From Camelus dromedarius (Eukaryota): a DNA stretch of 33,000 nt. Location: positions 74,772,001-74,805,000 of the forward strand of contig NC_087436.1 of NCBI RefSeq assembly GCF_036321535.1, in the 5' to 3' direction. Positions within the stretch are counted from its first letter, which is position 1. Each line of letters starts with the position of its first letter. The translations under genes and the position numbers were made by a program. The notes under the pieces are model-generated. The model was not told the DNA's origin and searched no databases. It worked only from the letters and a program-made list of their open reading frames with translations. This document shows, piece by piece, positions 1 to 10,697 of this stretch.

Positions 1-564
1 TACCTAAGTATGTTGTAACATGACTCCAGAGTTCCCCAGAACTTTGAGACAGTTAACTGACTAGAGGTTTCACCTGTATTAGCTAAGCCAATAACAAGTA
101 TGGAAATGCCTCCAGTAGTCTGTCTTGTACTTCCACTGCAATTTGTTTCCCTTCCTCATATTTCCTTCAGGATGCCTTCAGGAACCCCAACCAGCTACCC
201 TGAACTGCTAAGATTCTTCCGGTCACTTGCGCACCTAAACATACCACCCATGAAACTCACGGAGGGGGCTGCTTGTTCACGTGATCTTTATGCCTCAGAG
301 CTGGGGACAGGAGCTTAGTAGTCTCTTAGGCTCACCAACAGCGCCTCAGAAGTTCGAACTTGAGCCTAGTGTTTTCCAACATCGTAAGCTTTAATGAAGC
401 TCTTGCCTTCACTTACAACTTGTTGTCGTTAACAGCCAACATGCTAGAGAGGCCGGGGGACAAGGTGACAACTTGAGCCACTAAATGAATCCTCTCTTCC
501 CCAAGGTCTCATCACTTCTTGGACTACTTTTAACACCCATCGGGAGATGCAACCAACAATTCAT

Positions 565-795
565 ATCAGTTTCTCAAACTGAAATTTGAGGTTGAATATT
601 GGATAATTTGGGCTACATAACTGTTAGGGTGGGGAGCTGTCCTGTGCATCATAGAATGTTTTAGCAGCATCCATGGTGTCTACCCATTGGATGCCAGCAG
701 AATCCCCCTCTCTCCACTGAAAAGCAAGAATATATGTAGGCATTGCCTGATGTACCCCAGCGAGCAAAACTGCCCTTGTTATAAAACTGCCTTAG
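565..795 (-). mobile_element. MER20-like hAT-Charlie non-autonomous DNA transposon relic
   Basis: Resembles the reverse complement of the recalled MER20 consensus: 'gctgtcctgtgcatcatagaatgttttagcagcatcc...ctacccattggatgccagcag...ggcattgcctgatgtacccc...gcaaaactgccc'. Confidence 0.8.
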
Positions 796-1323
796 ATTTC
801 TAGTGTTGACTGTTTGCCTGGCTGAGCTGCATCTTTTTGCCTTCCATACTCGTAGCCCCATTGCAAATCTTATCTTGAAAGACCTGATATCACCTTAAAT
901 CCACACATCGATGGACCTTTCAGATAGTGTCCTTATTACCAAAAACTCATGTGTTTAGGCCTCTGATCTCTAGACCTTAGGCCTTCCCTCCCTCCAATCC
1001 CTTTATGCTGGCCTTACTTACTTTTCCCTATGAACTACCTGCTGGCAACTCATCCTGGATTATCCTGATAAAGTAGCAGATCAGTATTTAAAAACTGGTT
1101 GTGACAGTGAAACCAGTACAGAGTATCTTTATACTCCTGCCTCTCTGAGCTGTGTCCTGCCTAGGGTCTCCTTGCTCTACACTGATACAGAGCCTACACC
1201 AGGGACTCTGCTCTAAGCTAACAGACCCAGCAGACCGCATCCTGACTTGTCAATGTTTACAGCTAGCACTGTAGAAACATGCTATAGACTGGACCTGTCC
1301 CAGTAAGACTGCTGAGACAGACC

Positions 1324-1348
1324 TTTCCCCTACATAGTGTAGGGGAAA
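1324..1348. repeat. Perfect 11-bp inverted repeat with 3-nt loop
   Basis: tttcccctaca-tag-tgtaggggaaa, read directly. Confidence 0.95.
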
Positions 1349-3674
1349 CTCTTCCAAGCTGTTGTTCAAAAGGCACTGTCAGGCTGCCCTAGAACCTAAC
1401 CAGGCACTATCAAGATTGTAAACTTCTGGTTCTGCTAAATAGTCACAAATAAGTCGTCTCTTCCCCTGTGTTTGCTGGAAGAATATCTCCCAGGCTATGG
1501 TGGGGGACACCTGATGTGCTGATTTTTGCATATTGAACCTGTCTGGCCAGGATATATAGGGAACAAGGCCTGCAGTGTTTGCTGTGAACTCATTGTGCTC
1601 TCCTCCTTAAAGCTCCAGTAGGCTGGTGAGATGGTTCTAGGCACGGGCTACTCCAGGATGAAGCTAGTCATCACTCTTAGCCCTTTCTATCATGTTGAAG
1701 AGTTGGGTTCACTAAGTTCAAGGCATCAGGGCATAGTTTAGGGAACTACTGAAGGTATGGCTACCTTCATGGTCTTAGGAGTACCCAGCTGTCCCAGAAG
1801 GGGGAATGCCAGGGTAGAGTAGGTTAGGATGAAAGCAAGAATGACAATGGTCCATTTCCTAAGTGCCTTGGCTATGGCCAGAGCCAAGGGGGTGAGTGAT
1901 CCTTCATGATCAGTAAGTGGTTTAAGTTCCTTACACCTTCAGAGACACCACTTTGAGGAGAGGCTCCTTCCCACCAGCATTCTGGGCTATGATGGTCCAT
2001 GAGTGGCTTTCATGACTATCAGACAGAATCCAGTGAGCAAAATGGATACCGTTCTACGGAGTTCAGCAGAAGGAACTTGTCAATAGTTAGCAATTTCAAA
2101 GGTGTCAAAAGCTGAAAGAAAAAACGGGTCAGTAAGGCCACCTAGAGACTTTACAGGCACAAAGGAATGCCTGAGGCTTCCTTCCCAATACCTGAGATGT
2201 CACGTGAGCACTATCCTGAAACTAAATGGCCTTGACAACCTTATTAAATATAAACAGGGGCACAGCTAAAAACCAGTGAAAGTTCAGGTGAGCTCTAGTC
2301 ACAAACAAACATCTCCATAAAGCCATGGATGACCACTATTATTTTGGCTGACATAGGCATAGAAATATTGGTAAAACCAAAGGAGACTATGCCAGGACAC
2401 TCTTCCATTCCAAGCACAGCAGTGGGAAATTCTACTTAAAGCCGCTTATGCTGTTGCCTTGCCATATACATCCTGTGCTCATCTCTACTGCAGGAGCTTT
2501 TGTCTTTGCTGTTCTTCACTCTTCAACTAGATATGAACATAATTTGGATATAGTGCTGAAACCACCAGCTAGTCATTGTTTTTTTCTTGGCAAGACCCTA
2601 GAAGAAAAAAGATGGCCTACTAGTCATACTGTTTCTATTATCTACAGGGAGAATTGAAGAATCCTCAACTTTGTTGTGAGGTAGCTGACATGTGAACCTG
2701 CCCTTATCAGGGAAGGTGACTTTCTGAATTGGAGACTAAAATCGTTCAGGAGCTATTCTTCAGAACATGCAGGTGGGCTAGACTAAGCTGGACCTGCTGC
2801 GAAGCTTTCTCTTGGACTCAAAGCTTTCAAGTTGCTTGGCAAATTGATGTAGCACATCCAATTGTGTATGCTGTCCGCCCAACCTCAATCAGAAAAGGAC
2901 AACATAACATGGTTCTACCTTTAGTGGGTTATGTTCAGTGGCTAGGGAACAAGGAACTCAACTTTAACCATCATTTCTCTGTTAAGCGTTACCAAGATAT
3001 ACACCTGCAGTGGCTCCAATACGAAGACTCACCTCCACAGTGGCTCCACCTACTTTCAGCATGGGATTCAAGGCTTAACCCACTTGTCTTCCTACTCTTA
3101 GCAGCCATAGCTCCCATGAGAAGCCTAGACCGGTGTTGATGGCTCTTTGTAATCTTGATCCTGCTTCTTGGTTCTTGGTGTAAGCTTGACTCCAGCCTGT
3201 GAGATAGAGGTGAACCTGACAATTTGAGGCCAGCTGTTCTCAGAGCTAGTTGATGTGATGTCTACTAATCTCCATGGACACTGTTTATACTTCATTAAAT
3301 TCCTGCAGGCAATGGAAAACTGTCTCACGACAGCCTCCCTTAATAAGGAAGTGAGTGAGAGCCTCCAGTAGCTCCTCATAAGCCCCTTACTGGTCTCCTG
3401 CTCCATGCAGTTCACAAGGGGTGTTCTGCAGAGACTCATATTAGCTGTAGTTCAAGCTTGGCCTGCGTAGCAAGGTCATGAGGTACCGGCACAGAACTAT
3501 GAGTCTACACATGCTAATCTAAACCATTATTACTAGCGATGGAAGCAATCATATATGTAACTCCCTCGTTAATAAATTTGAATGTTTAGTCTTCCCAAAA
3601 TATTAAATAAGAGACTTAAAGTTCTCAAGCTTGTTGCAGATAATGGAAGAGGGAATAATAGAATAAAATGTCTC

Positions 3675-3785
3675 TCTAAATGAAAAGCTTCCAAAGTGAG
3701 TGACTTGTTCAAGGCAAGAGTTATGAATAGGACTGAAAAAATCCAGCTTGGAGATTTCACAGTGCTTTTTCTCCCACTTTGCCCA
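3675..3785 (-). mobile_element. MIR SINE fragment (degraded)
   Basis: 'gagtgacttgttcaaggcaag...aatccagcttggagatttcacagtgcttttt' resembles the antisense MIR core (gtgacttgcccaagg...gaacccagg). Confidence 0.5.
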
Positions 3786-3917
3786 TCCTTCAGTTTGTAC
3801 CCTTAGTAATGTTTTGAATTTTTTCCTGTCCCCCCCAAATTTTGAAGGTAACTATAAGATTCTACAGTAACTTAAGAACAACTGGACTTCTGTATTGCAA
3901 TTTTTAATATCTTAGTC

Positions 3918-4385
3918 TGGCTTTCTCTAAAAGCAGACTGAGATGAGGGTTTAAGTGGCTTACTTGGGAGATGGTCACAGGAAATGGAGTCTAGAAAGTG
4001 AGACAGTGAATCGAGTAAAGCCCCTCAGGGCATCCTAATGAAAGAATAACTGCTATAGACAACTGGGGTGCAATTTCCCTGGGGACTAAGAAACCATGAA
4101 ATACATGGTTCAGAACTGCTCTCAGAGGGATAGGGAAGCTAAAGCATTGATCACCCAGTTACAGCTTCCTATTGATCATAGGTTGGTTCTCTGCAAGCAG
4201 ACAATCCAGTCAGCAGGCTGAGAAAGCTCATGTGCTGCAGCAGAAAACCCTTGGGTAGAGAATCATCAGATGTGGGTGCCTGAGTTAGGAAGCTGATGAC
4301 TAGTGGTGGAACTGTATATCAGCTGCAGGTGAACTCAAGGTCAAGGATACATGGGATGAAGTATCAAAGCCAATCACCCACGCCC
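3918..4385 (-). mobile_element. Ancient ERVL-class LTR (LTR33/LTR16-group; exact family uncertain)
   Basis: Starts 'cttagtctggctttctctaaaagcagactgagatgagggtttaagtggcttacttgggagatggtcacagg', like the antisense end of these LTRs. Related copies at 22.1 and 29.4 kb. Confidence 0.6.
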
Positions 4386-5320
4386 TTCCTGGCCTGGCCT
4401 TTGAGTATAGTCACTGTTCTGTCAAGGTAGATGCTGGCCACAATTCCTGTAAAAGTCAGGATTGGTTGCCAGTTATATTCTGTGCTTCTGCAGTTGGGCC
4501 CAGGGTTGTAACTGTTTTTCTCCTAGCAATCATGAGCAATTCTTATCCTTGGCCAGCATTTCTGCTGGACTAGATTTCTAGCTCAGTGGAATAAGTCAGA
4601 CCTTCATGCATCGGAGACCTGAGCCCCTGGTTACCTTGGCCATGGTTGCTGCAATTCATCTACTCTCAGTGACCTCCAAGACACTCCCCTGTGATTCCCT
4701 TGAGTCCTAGGCATAGTAATCTCAATCACCACTCAGTAGCAGTTACCTAAAGTTGTGATGACCATCATGATGACCCTTGTCAGTAAAGCAAACCCATACC
4801 TTCCCTGCTAGGCTACCGGCTTGAGCCCCAAATAACCAAAAAGTAGACTAACTCTAGGTTTATTGGAGCTCTGTGTCTCCTGTAAGCTCTTCCCAATCCC
4901 TCAAAAAGACGTCATAAAATCAGTCAGAACTTCAAGTGTATCATTGGGAGTAATGGTGAGAGGAGCTATAAACAATTTCTACCACTTTGTCACCAATACA
5001 TAGAACACACGGGTCTGAGGAACAAAGCACCATATAGTAGTCACTGGCTCAACCTGTGGAGGGTACTCTGGAGGACAGTGTTACAGATCCACAGGCTTAA
5101 CACATGTAAAAGCTGGCAACTTGAATCTTCAGGAAGGCATTCCTACAACCTGTCTGTAAGATCAGCAGCTTGATACAACATGTAACTTATATATAAGGAC
5201 CAGTGAATATTAAGGTCATGAGTCCATTGTTTCAATGGACTCTGATATACTAGTTTCCCCTGAGGCCCTTGTTAAGACAGGGTGCTGTGGCATATTTTAG
5301 ATGGTCCTTTTTCCTCTCCC
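4386..5320 (-). mobile_element. ERVL-type internal region relic (3' pol-like)
   Basis: 'ccagcatttctgctggactagatttctagctcagtggaataagtcagaccttcatgc' and 'gggagtaatggtgagaggagc' resemble antisense ERVL internal 3' sequence. It abuts the LTR. Confidence 0.6.
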
Positions 5321-5329
5321 CCTCCCAGA

Positions 5330-5717
5330 AATAAGAGGGGATTTATTTCATATACTACCTGTGGGAACCTAGTCCAGTTGCTGGTAGTAAACCTCATGAT
5401 ACTGTGGGGGCTTCCTACGGCTGGGTCTCCTCTGTTGTTTTACTCAGCCTTATGTGTACTCAACTTCCAGAAATTGATCAGGAACAGTTTAGATTTTTCT
5501 CCCCACTACAGTTTCCCCTTGAGTCTCTACTTTTAAAATCCAGGACTCCCTGTATTTGCCTGTTCTTGTCACTCAGTCTAGAGGGCAGTGGTTTGCCTTG
5601 TCTTCCCTCTTGTGTGAATCCTAGAAGAACTGGGTTTTTTCTTGTCTGTTTAGATTTCCCCTTGTTAGGGTAGAGTTGTGATTTCCAAGCAATACAAATG
5701 GAACTGGAAACCGGAAG
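5330..5717 (-). mobile_element. Ancient L1M 5'-end fragment
   Basis: 'ctccctgtatttgcctg...gagggcagtggtttgccttgtc...ttgttagggtagagttgtgatttccaagc...ggaactggaaaccggaag' resembles the antisense 5' end of old L1M subfamilies. Confidence 0.7.
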
Positions 5718-5870
5718 CCTCTTCTGCCATTTTGAATACCACCTGCTTGTCCTCTACAACAAAAACAGTCTGAGATCTGGGTCCTCTGAAGAAATTAAAC
5801 CTTGGCATAGAACGAATGTAAGAATGAAGAAGGTGGTAGTTCTCTTTAAAACATTTAATTTTTGCATATC

Positions 5871-5955
5871 AGAAGCTAATCTGTACACCAGAAATTGACA
5901 CAACACTAAACTGACTATATGCCAATAAATATTTATAGAAAAAGAAGCTAATCTG
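5871..5955 (+). mobile_element. Extremely 5'-truncated L1 3' tip (~59 nt) with 13-bp target-site duplication
   Basis: agaagctaatctg at 5871-5883 and 5943-5955 flanks 'tacaccagaaattgacacaacactaaactgactatatgccaataaa...aaaa', which resembles an artiodactyl L1 3' terminus. The paralog at ~32548 has a single target site. Confidence 0.7.
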
Positions 5956-6287
5956 GGCAGGGCAGTGTCTGCTGTGACACAGGACTAAATGTTCCTGTTC
6001 TGTAGACCTAAAAAGTTGGTCGTCTTAGGGGAAAAAGTCAAGGAGCTCTGCTTTGAAGGTATATCCACAATTTGTACAAAATTTGTGACAGTGTTACATT
6101 AGATCAGGCCTCTTTCCCTGAGGCATGTTAGAGAATTTCGTATTACAACATGATGGTGCAGGTGTGGGACATGACTGCCTAGTGGTCAGGGATGAATTCT
6201 TCCCTGCTCACAGTGGACGTTGAGGTCTGAGGCCTCAGTGCAACTCTAGGCTCTGCCCTGAAGGGGTTCAGAGGAGATTGCTTGGTA

Positions 6288-8299
6288 CTTGGTAAAGGCA
6301 GGGTAGGAACCAGCGCCCCTTGCAGGGGAGGCTCCTGAGTGGCAGCACTCCTGGCTGCAGCATCAGCTGTGCTGTTTCCTTTTGCTGTTTCTGAATCCCC
6401 TTTTCGATGGCCCTTACAGTGAACCACAGCCACTTGTCGGGGAAGCTGGAGGGCCGCAAGAAGGCCAAGGATTTGGAATCCATATTTTATGGGACTATCT
6501 TTGGCAGTTAAAAGTCCCTTTTCCTTCCAAATGGCTGCATGAGCATGTAAAGCCAGGAAGGCATATTTTGAGTCTGTATAAATGGTGATCCTTTCCCCTT
6601 GTACGAGCTCTAAGGCTCGTTTTAAGGCAATTAGTTCAGCCAATTGTGCTGAGGTACCTGTAGGCAGTGGCTTAGTGTCTGTAACCTCATGGAGGGACAC
6701 AAATGAATATCCAGCTCTGTTTTCCCTCTGTGATAAAGCTGCTCCCATCGGTGAAACAGATCTCATCAGGGTTTTCCAGGGTTTGGTCCGTGAGATCTGT
6801 TCTAGCTCCTAGAGAAACGGATAGGGTCTCATGACTTATGTGAAAGAGAAGAGACTCATCTGGTGATGGTAATAGTGTAACAGGATTGAGTGTCCCACAA
6901 ACGGAGACAGTGACATCTGGGTTTTCCAATAATAATGCCTGACATTTAAGAAGCTGAGCATCTGAGAGCCAGAAATGTCCCTTGCCTTTTAAAAGATCAG
7001 AAAGTTGATGGTTAGCGTATGCTTATATAGGGACCCCCAGAGTTAGCTTGAAAGCTTCCTCCAGGGGAGTGGAGAGGGCTCCCAGCACTATTAGACAGGA
7101 AGGCCAGCCTCAAGCAGTGGGATCTAGCTGCTTAGAGAGGTATCCCATAGGCTGTTGTGTAGGACCCAGCCTTTGGGTGAGGACCCCCAAGGCTATTCCT
7201 CCTCTCTCATGAACAGAGAACTGGAAGGGATCTGGCCCCAAGGCTGGGGATCTTACTAGGAGATTTTTAAAATTCTTCCATTGCTTCCTATTGGAAAGGA
7301 CCCCACTGGCGAGGTACTTGAGTCGTCCTTACCCTTTAAACTGTCATATAGAGGTTGGGCTGCAGACCCATAGTTAGGGATCCAAAGCCTACAGTAACCT
7401 GTTAGTCTGAGAAATGTGCTGAGCTGTTTTTGAGAAGTGGGGCTAGGGAGTTGTAAGATTCCCTGAATTCATTCAGGGGAAAGGCTACAGTTTCCAGGAA
7501 TCAGAACAACTCCTAGATAAGTTACCTCTTGTTTGACCATTTTGGCCTTGGACCTGGAAACTGGATTGCATGCTGGATGGCCTGTTCTCCAGTAAGGGAG
7601 CAGATAAGTAGGTCATCTACATATTGGGGAATAGTTCCTTTTTCAGGCTGTAAGTCCTGTAAATCTTGGGCCAAAGCTTGACCAAAGAGGTGAGGACGGT
7701 CTATAACCCCTGTGGTAGTAGTGCTGTCCAGGTTAGCTGGCATTGATACCCATTGGGTGAGTCCCACTGAGAGGCAAATAAATACTGGGACTGGGGACTA
7801 AGGGGTCCAAAAAAAAAAAGAAAAAAGCATCTTTTAGGTCTAAGGTCGTGTACCCCTGGGATCCTGGAGGTACATTTCCCAGTAACACACAGGGGTTTGG
7901 AATAACTAGATGAAGAGGTACCACTGCCTCATTTATGATTCGTGAATCCCAGATCAGTCTGTAGGTCCCATCTTTTTTAATGACCAGAAGGATAGGTGTG
8001 TTGCAGGGGGAGTTAACAGGAAATAAGAGTCCACACTGTAAGAAATTAGAAATTATTGGCTGAAGGCCCTTCCTTGCCTCAGGTTTTAAAGGATATTATT
8101 TTCGATTAGGGAACCAGGTGGGATCTTTGAGGGAGATGACAACGGGAGCAGCCGTCTTTGCTCGCACCGCGATGCCTTGATCCCAGGCAGCAGGATTAAT
8201 TTTATTCTCCCAGGCCTCTGGGTGCAGAGGTTTTTCTCCTTCCTGAGAGAGCAGTAAGAGTTGTAAAGAGGTGAAAGTTTGGGGATTTTCTCCCAGGAT
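6288..8299 (-). pseudogene. pol: ERV pol relic: reverse transcriptase + RNase H, disrupted and truncated before integrase
   Basis: YVDD at 7612-7623; TTLDLKDAFF near 7825-7855, followed by a poly-T frameshift; PHLFGQALAQDL. RNase H: FTDGSS, SAQLAELIAL, IYTDSKYAF, VAVVHCKGH, GNSTADAAAR (ORFs 6179..6766, 6687..6929, 7522..7767, 7733..7924). Multiple stops and frameshifts. Confidence 0.93.
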
Positions 8300-8610
8300 A
8301 ACTCGGGTTACAAACTTGTAAAGAAGACCTTGGCCTTAAAGGGGGCTAAGACATTCTGGCATGCATAAGGAAGAATGTGCAAAGGAGCATTCATCCCATA
8401 AACAACAAAGGGGTGAGTAAAGAATCTTAAGGTCGGTTTACCTGTGACTCCCATGACAGTACAGAATCTAGAGGAGAAGGGTCTGGAGAAGGAAGTTAGG
8501 ACAGTAGGTGGCTCCAGTATCCAAAAGAAAAGTTACTGTCCTACCTGCCACATCCATCTGTACCCACAGCTCCCGCCCAGTGATGGGATCTCTTGCACTG
8601 GGGCTGACTG
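8300..8610 (-). pseudogene. pro: ERV aspartyl protease relic
   Basis: VQMDVAGRTVTFLLDTGATY, with catalytic DTG at 8513-8521; frameshifted afterwards. Confidence 0.85.
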
Positions 8611-8639
8611 AAGGGGGCTCCTTTAGTTCCAGACAACCA

Positions 8640-10100
8640 TCTGCAGGTCTTGGGCCGGTTTTTCCCGACAAGCCATTTGGCTTGAAGGACAGAGGGCCAC
8701 CCAATGACCCTGTTGGCTACACCGAAAGCAGGCAGACCTTGGAGATTTGTCCCTGTAGGGACATTCTTTGGCCCAGGGACCAGGTCAGTGGCAGATGCTG
8801 CACTTGTTGGACTTGCTCGGGCTGTTGGGGGCCGGGTGCGTCAGGAGGGTGGCTGCCCTTGAAGGGCTGCAATCATCTGGGCAGGCCTGGCCTCCTTCCT
8901 TCTTTCCTGCTCCTGAGCCTTGGCCTCTTGCTCCTGATCTCGATTATAAAAAACTGTGGCAGCAATGGTTAGCATTTCAAGAGTTAGTCCAGGTTCCCGG
9001 ATCCCCTTTTGGAGTTTTCGTCTAATATAAGGGGCAGACTGAGTGAGAAATTTATCCTTTAGGATAATTTGTCCCTCATATGAGCTGAGGTCTGAGTTAG
9101 TGTACTTAGTAAGTGCCTCATGGAGCCACTCTAAAAAGGCAGTGGGGTTTTCTCTGGGCTCCTGACTAACAGCTGAAACCTTAGAATAGCTGATAACCTT
9201 CTGTTAGGCTGCCCAGAGTCCTGCCTTAACACAGACTGAAAAATGATCTCTTTCCCACTTTTGCTTAGGGTCATTATAGTCCCATCCAGGGCCCATTGGG
9301 GGAATGGATATTTTCCCTATGGGCCCTTGTCATTTGACCTGTAGGCTTTCTGTATATTTTCTGGCTTCTCTGAGGACCCTTTTCCTTTTCTGTGTCAGAT
9401 AGGGTCTGGCCAAGGATAATAACATCCTTTCAGGTGAAATCATATGCCAGAGTGAGGTGATGGAATGCCCGTATGTATTTATCTGGGTTATTTGAGTAGC
9501 TTACCAAGTTGTTCTTAATTTGTCTCAGCTCTACCAGAGAGAATGGCTTAAGTACCAGTATATAAAGGTGTGAGTGCTAAAGTAATTGGTATACAGGCCT
9601 CATCTGGTGTCTTGGGTCAGCTGTCTACCTCAAACGCCATCTTCTCTTCCTGGTTTGGTAGCGTTGCCTTCGTTTGAGCATTGTTTTAAGGTGGTCAGTA
9701 GTCTTCTCTATAGGCCAGTCCAGTGTAAGGGCCAGAAGAGATTAGTTTACTGTGGTTCTGGAGTAAGCCTGGTTATCTCCACTTGGAGATCCATGGTGGG
9801 TGGGGCTGGTGGGGGCAGAGCGCGCTGGGGCAGGCATGCATTTGGCTGAGCATGGGGGAGGCGGCCTCTGGCCTCAGTACCCTCATGCAGCAACCAGCCT
9901 TGCACGGCGGCCCAGATGGGCCACTCGCTGCTTGACCAGCCCAGCACCACCTGGGGCTCCTGGAGTGGGGCAGGAGGGAGGTGGGATTGTGCTGTGCCGG
10001 CCGGCTGGCATGGGGTCCCAGATAGGCCACAAACTGCCCCACTGGCGCTTGGAGCAGCCACGTGTGCACCCAGCCATCGCTCACTTATGCCCTGTATCCT
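8640..10100 (-). pseudogene. gag: ERV gag relic (capsid and nucleocapsid with two CCHC knuckles; matrix region poorly resolved)
   Basis: My minus-strand translation gives LRQIKNNLVSYSNNPDKYIRAF, ILGQTLSDTEKERVL, QEPRENPTAFLE, KDKFLTQSAP.IRRKLQK. Knuckles: CSICH*PGPWAKEC (8761-8802) and CFRCSQQGHWVALC (8689-8730), in the same frame. In-frame stops present. Confidence 0.88.
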
Positions 10101-10170
10101 CACTCCAGCCTCCACTGGCCTCGGGGAGGGAGAGGAAAATGAAGGAGGAAAGATTAGGTTTAAGCACGCG

Positions 10171-10188
10171 ATCCAAGTCATGGCACCA
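10171..10188 (-). promoter_or_regulatory. Primer-binding site complementary to tRNA-His
   Basis: Minus strand TGGTGCCATGACTTGGAT versus canonical His PBS TGGTGCCGTGACTCGGAT: 16/18, and both mismatches are CpG-decay type. Confidence 0.9.
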
Positions 10189-10196
10189 AAATTTAA

Positions 10197-10697
10197 TGTT
10201 ATGGGGAAAAGGGAAATAATTATCTAGGTTCAGAATTTTTAATGAGAGACAGAAACCATGATATAAGCAAGATTTTTATTAGTAAAGTAAAAAGGTGGTA
10301 AAAGATAGTCCACTCCTGAGACCTGGGAGCGGGCCAATCCAAGAGGAAAAATGGCGCTGCTCCTTTGTTTTTCTGTCTTCTATCCTGGCTTAGGGGCGTT
10401 TTTGCGATTGATTAATGGCTCAGTTTCTTTGATCGGGCTGACTGACAGCTCAGGTTCCTTGTGCTCTGGCACACTCATCCCCTTTTGGGCAGGTTCACTG
10501 GATCAAGTTATGCCAGGTCCTTCTCTTATGTGCAGCTGCAGCGTTTTGATTTTAGCTGGCTGCTTTTGCTGGCCCTCATTTAGAGAAAGTGAGTTTCTGG
10601 AGTCCCTTATCCTGAATGCAGACATACCGTTATTTTCTGAGTTGTTCCTTTCCACTTCCTGTCCCCCTGCCCAGTGCTCATTTCTAACTGCCTAACA
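10197..10697 (-). mobile_element. 5' LTR of the class I ERV (501 bp)
   Basis: Terminal inverted repeats TGTTA...TAACA; AATAAA on the minus strand at 10275-10280; YY1-like aaaatggcg at 10348-10356; 8-nt spacer to the PBS. Confidence 0.85.

Larger units (their letters stand above)
5330..6290 (+). repeat. Segmental paralog C1 (copy of 31990-32890)
   Basis: Colinear anchors: ccattttgaatac 5727/32403; ggagctctgctttgaagg 6042/32653; gaggagatt 6271/32874. Both copies share the same L1M 5'-end/unique-sequence junction. Confidence 0.85.
6288..10697 (-). mobile_element. 3'-truncated class I (gamma-like, HERV-H/F-group-like) endogenous retrovirus: LTR-PBS-gag-pro-RT-RNaseH
   Basis: Ordered retroviral motifs on the minus strand: LTR, PBS(His), capsid, two CCHC knuckles, LDTGA, LDLKDAFF, QYVDDLL, RNase H. 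No integrase, env or second LTR found to the left. Confidence 0.95.

Noticed and set aside
1340-1440. Possible third copy of the 17480/26360 segment
   Set aside because: Only scattered 6-7 bp matches; no colinear alignment by eye.
3008-3048. cagtggctcca repeated at a 30-bp period
   Set aside because: Only 11 bp identical in two copies; compatible with chance or a decayed small duplication.
2729-3139. 136-aa ORF starting at TTG
   Set aside because: Non-ATG start, no recognisable domain, no supporting exon context.
9747-10227. Cluster of overlapping 100-144 aa ORFs
   Set aside because: GC-rich ERV leader/matrix region with few stop codons; not independent genes.
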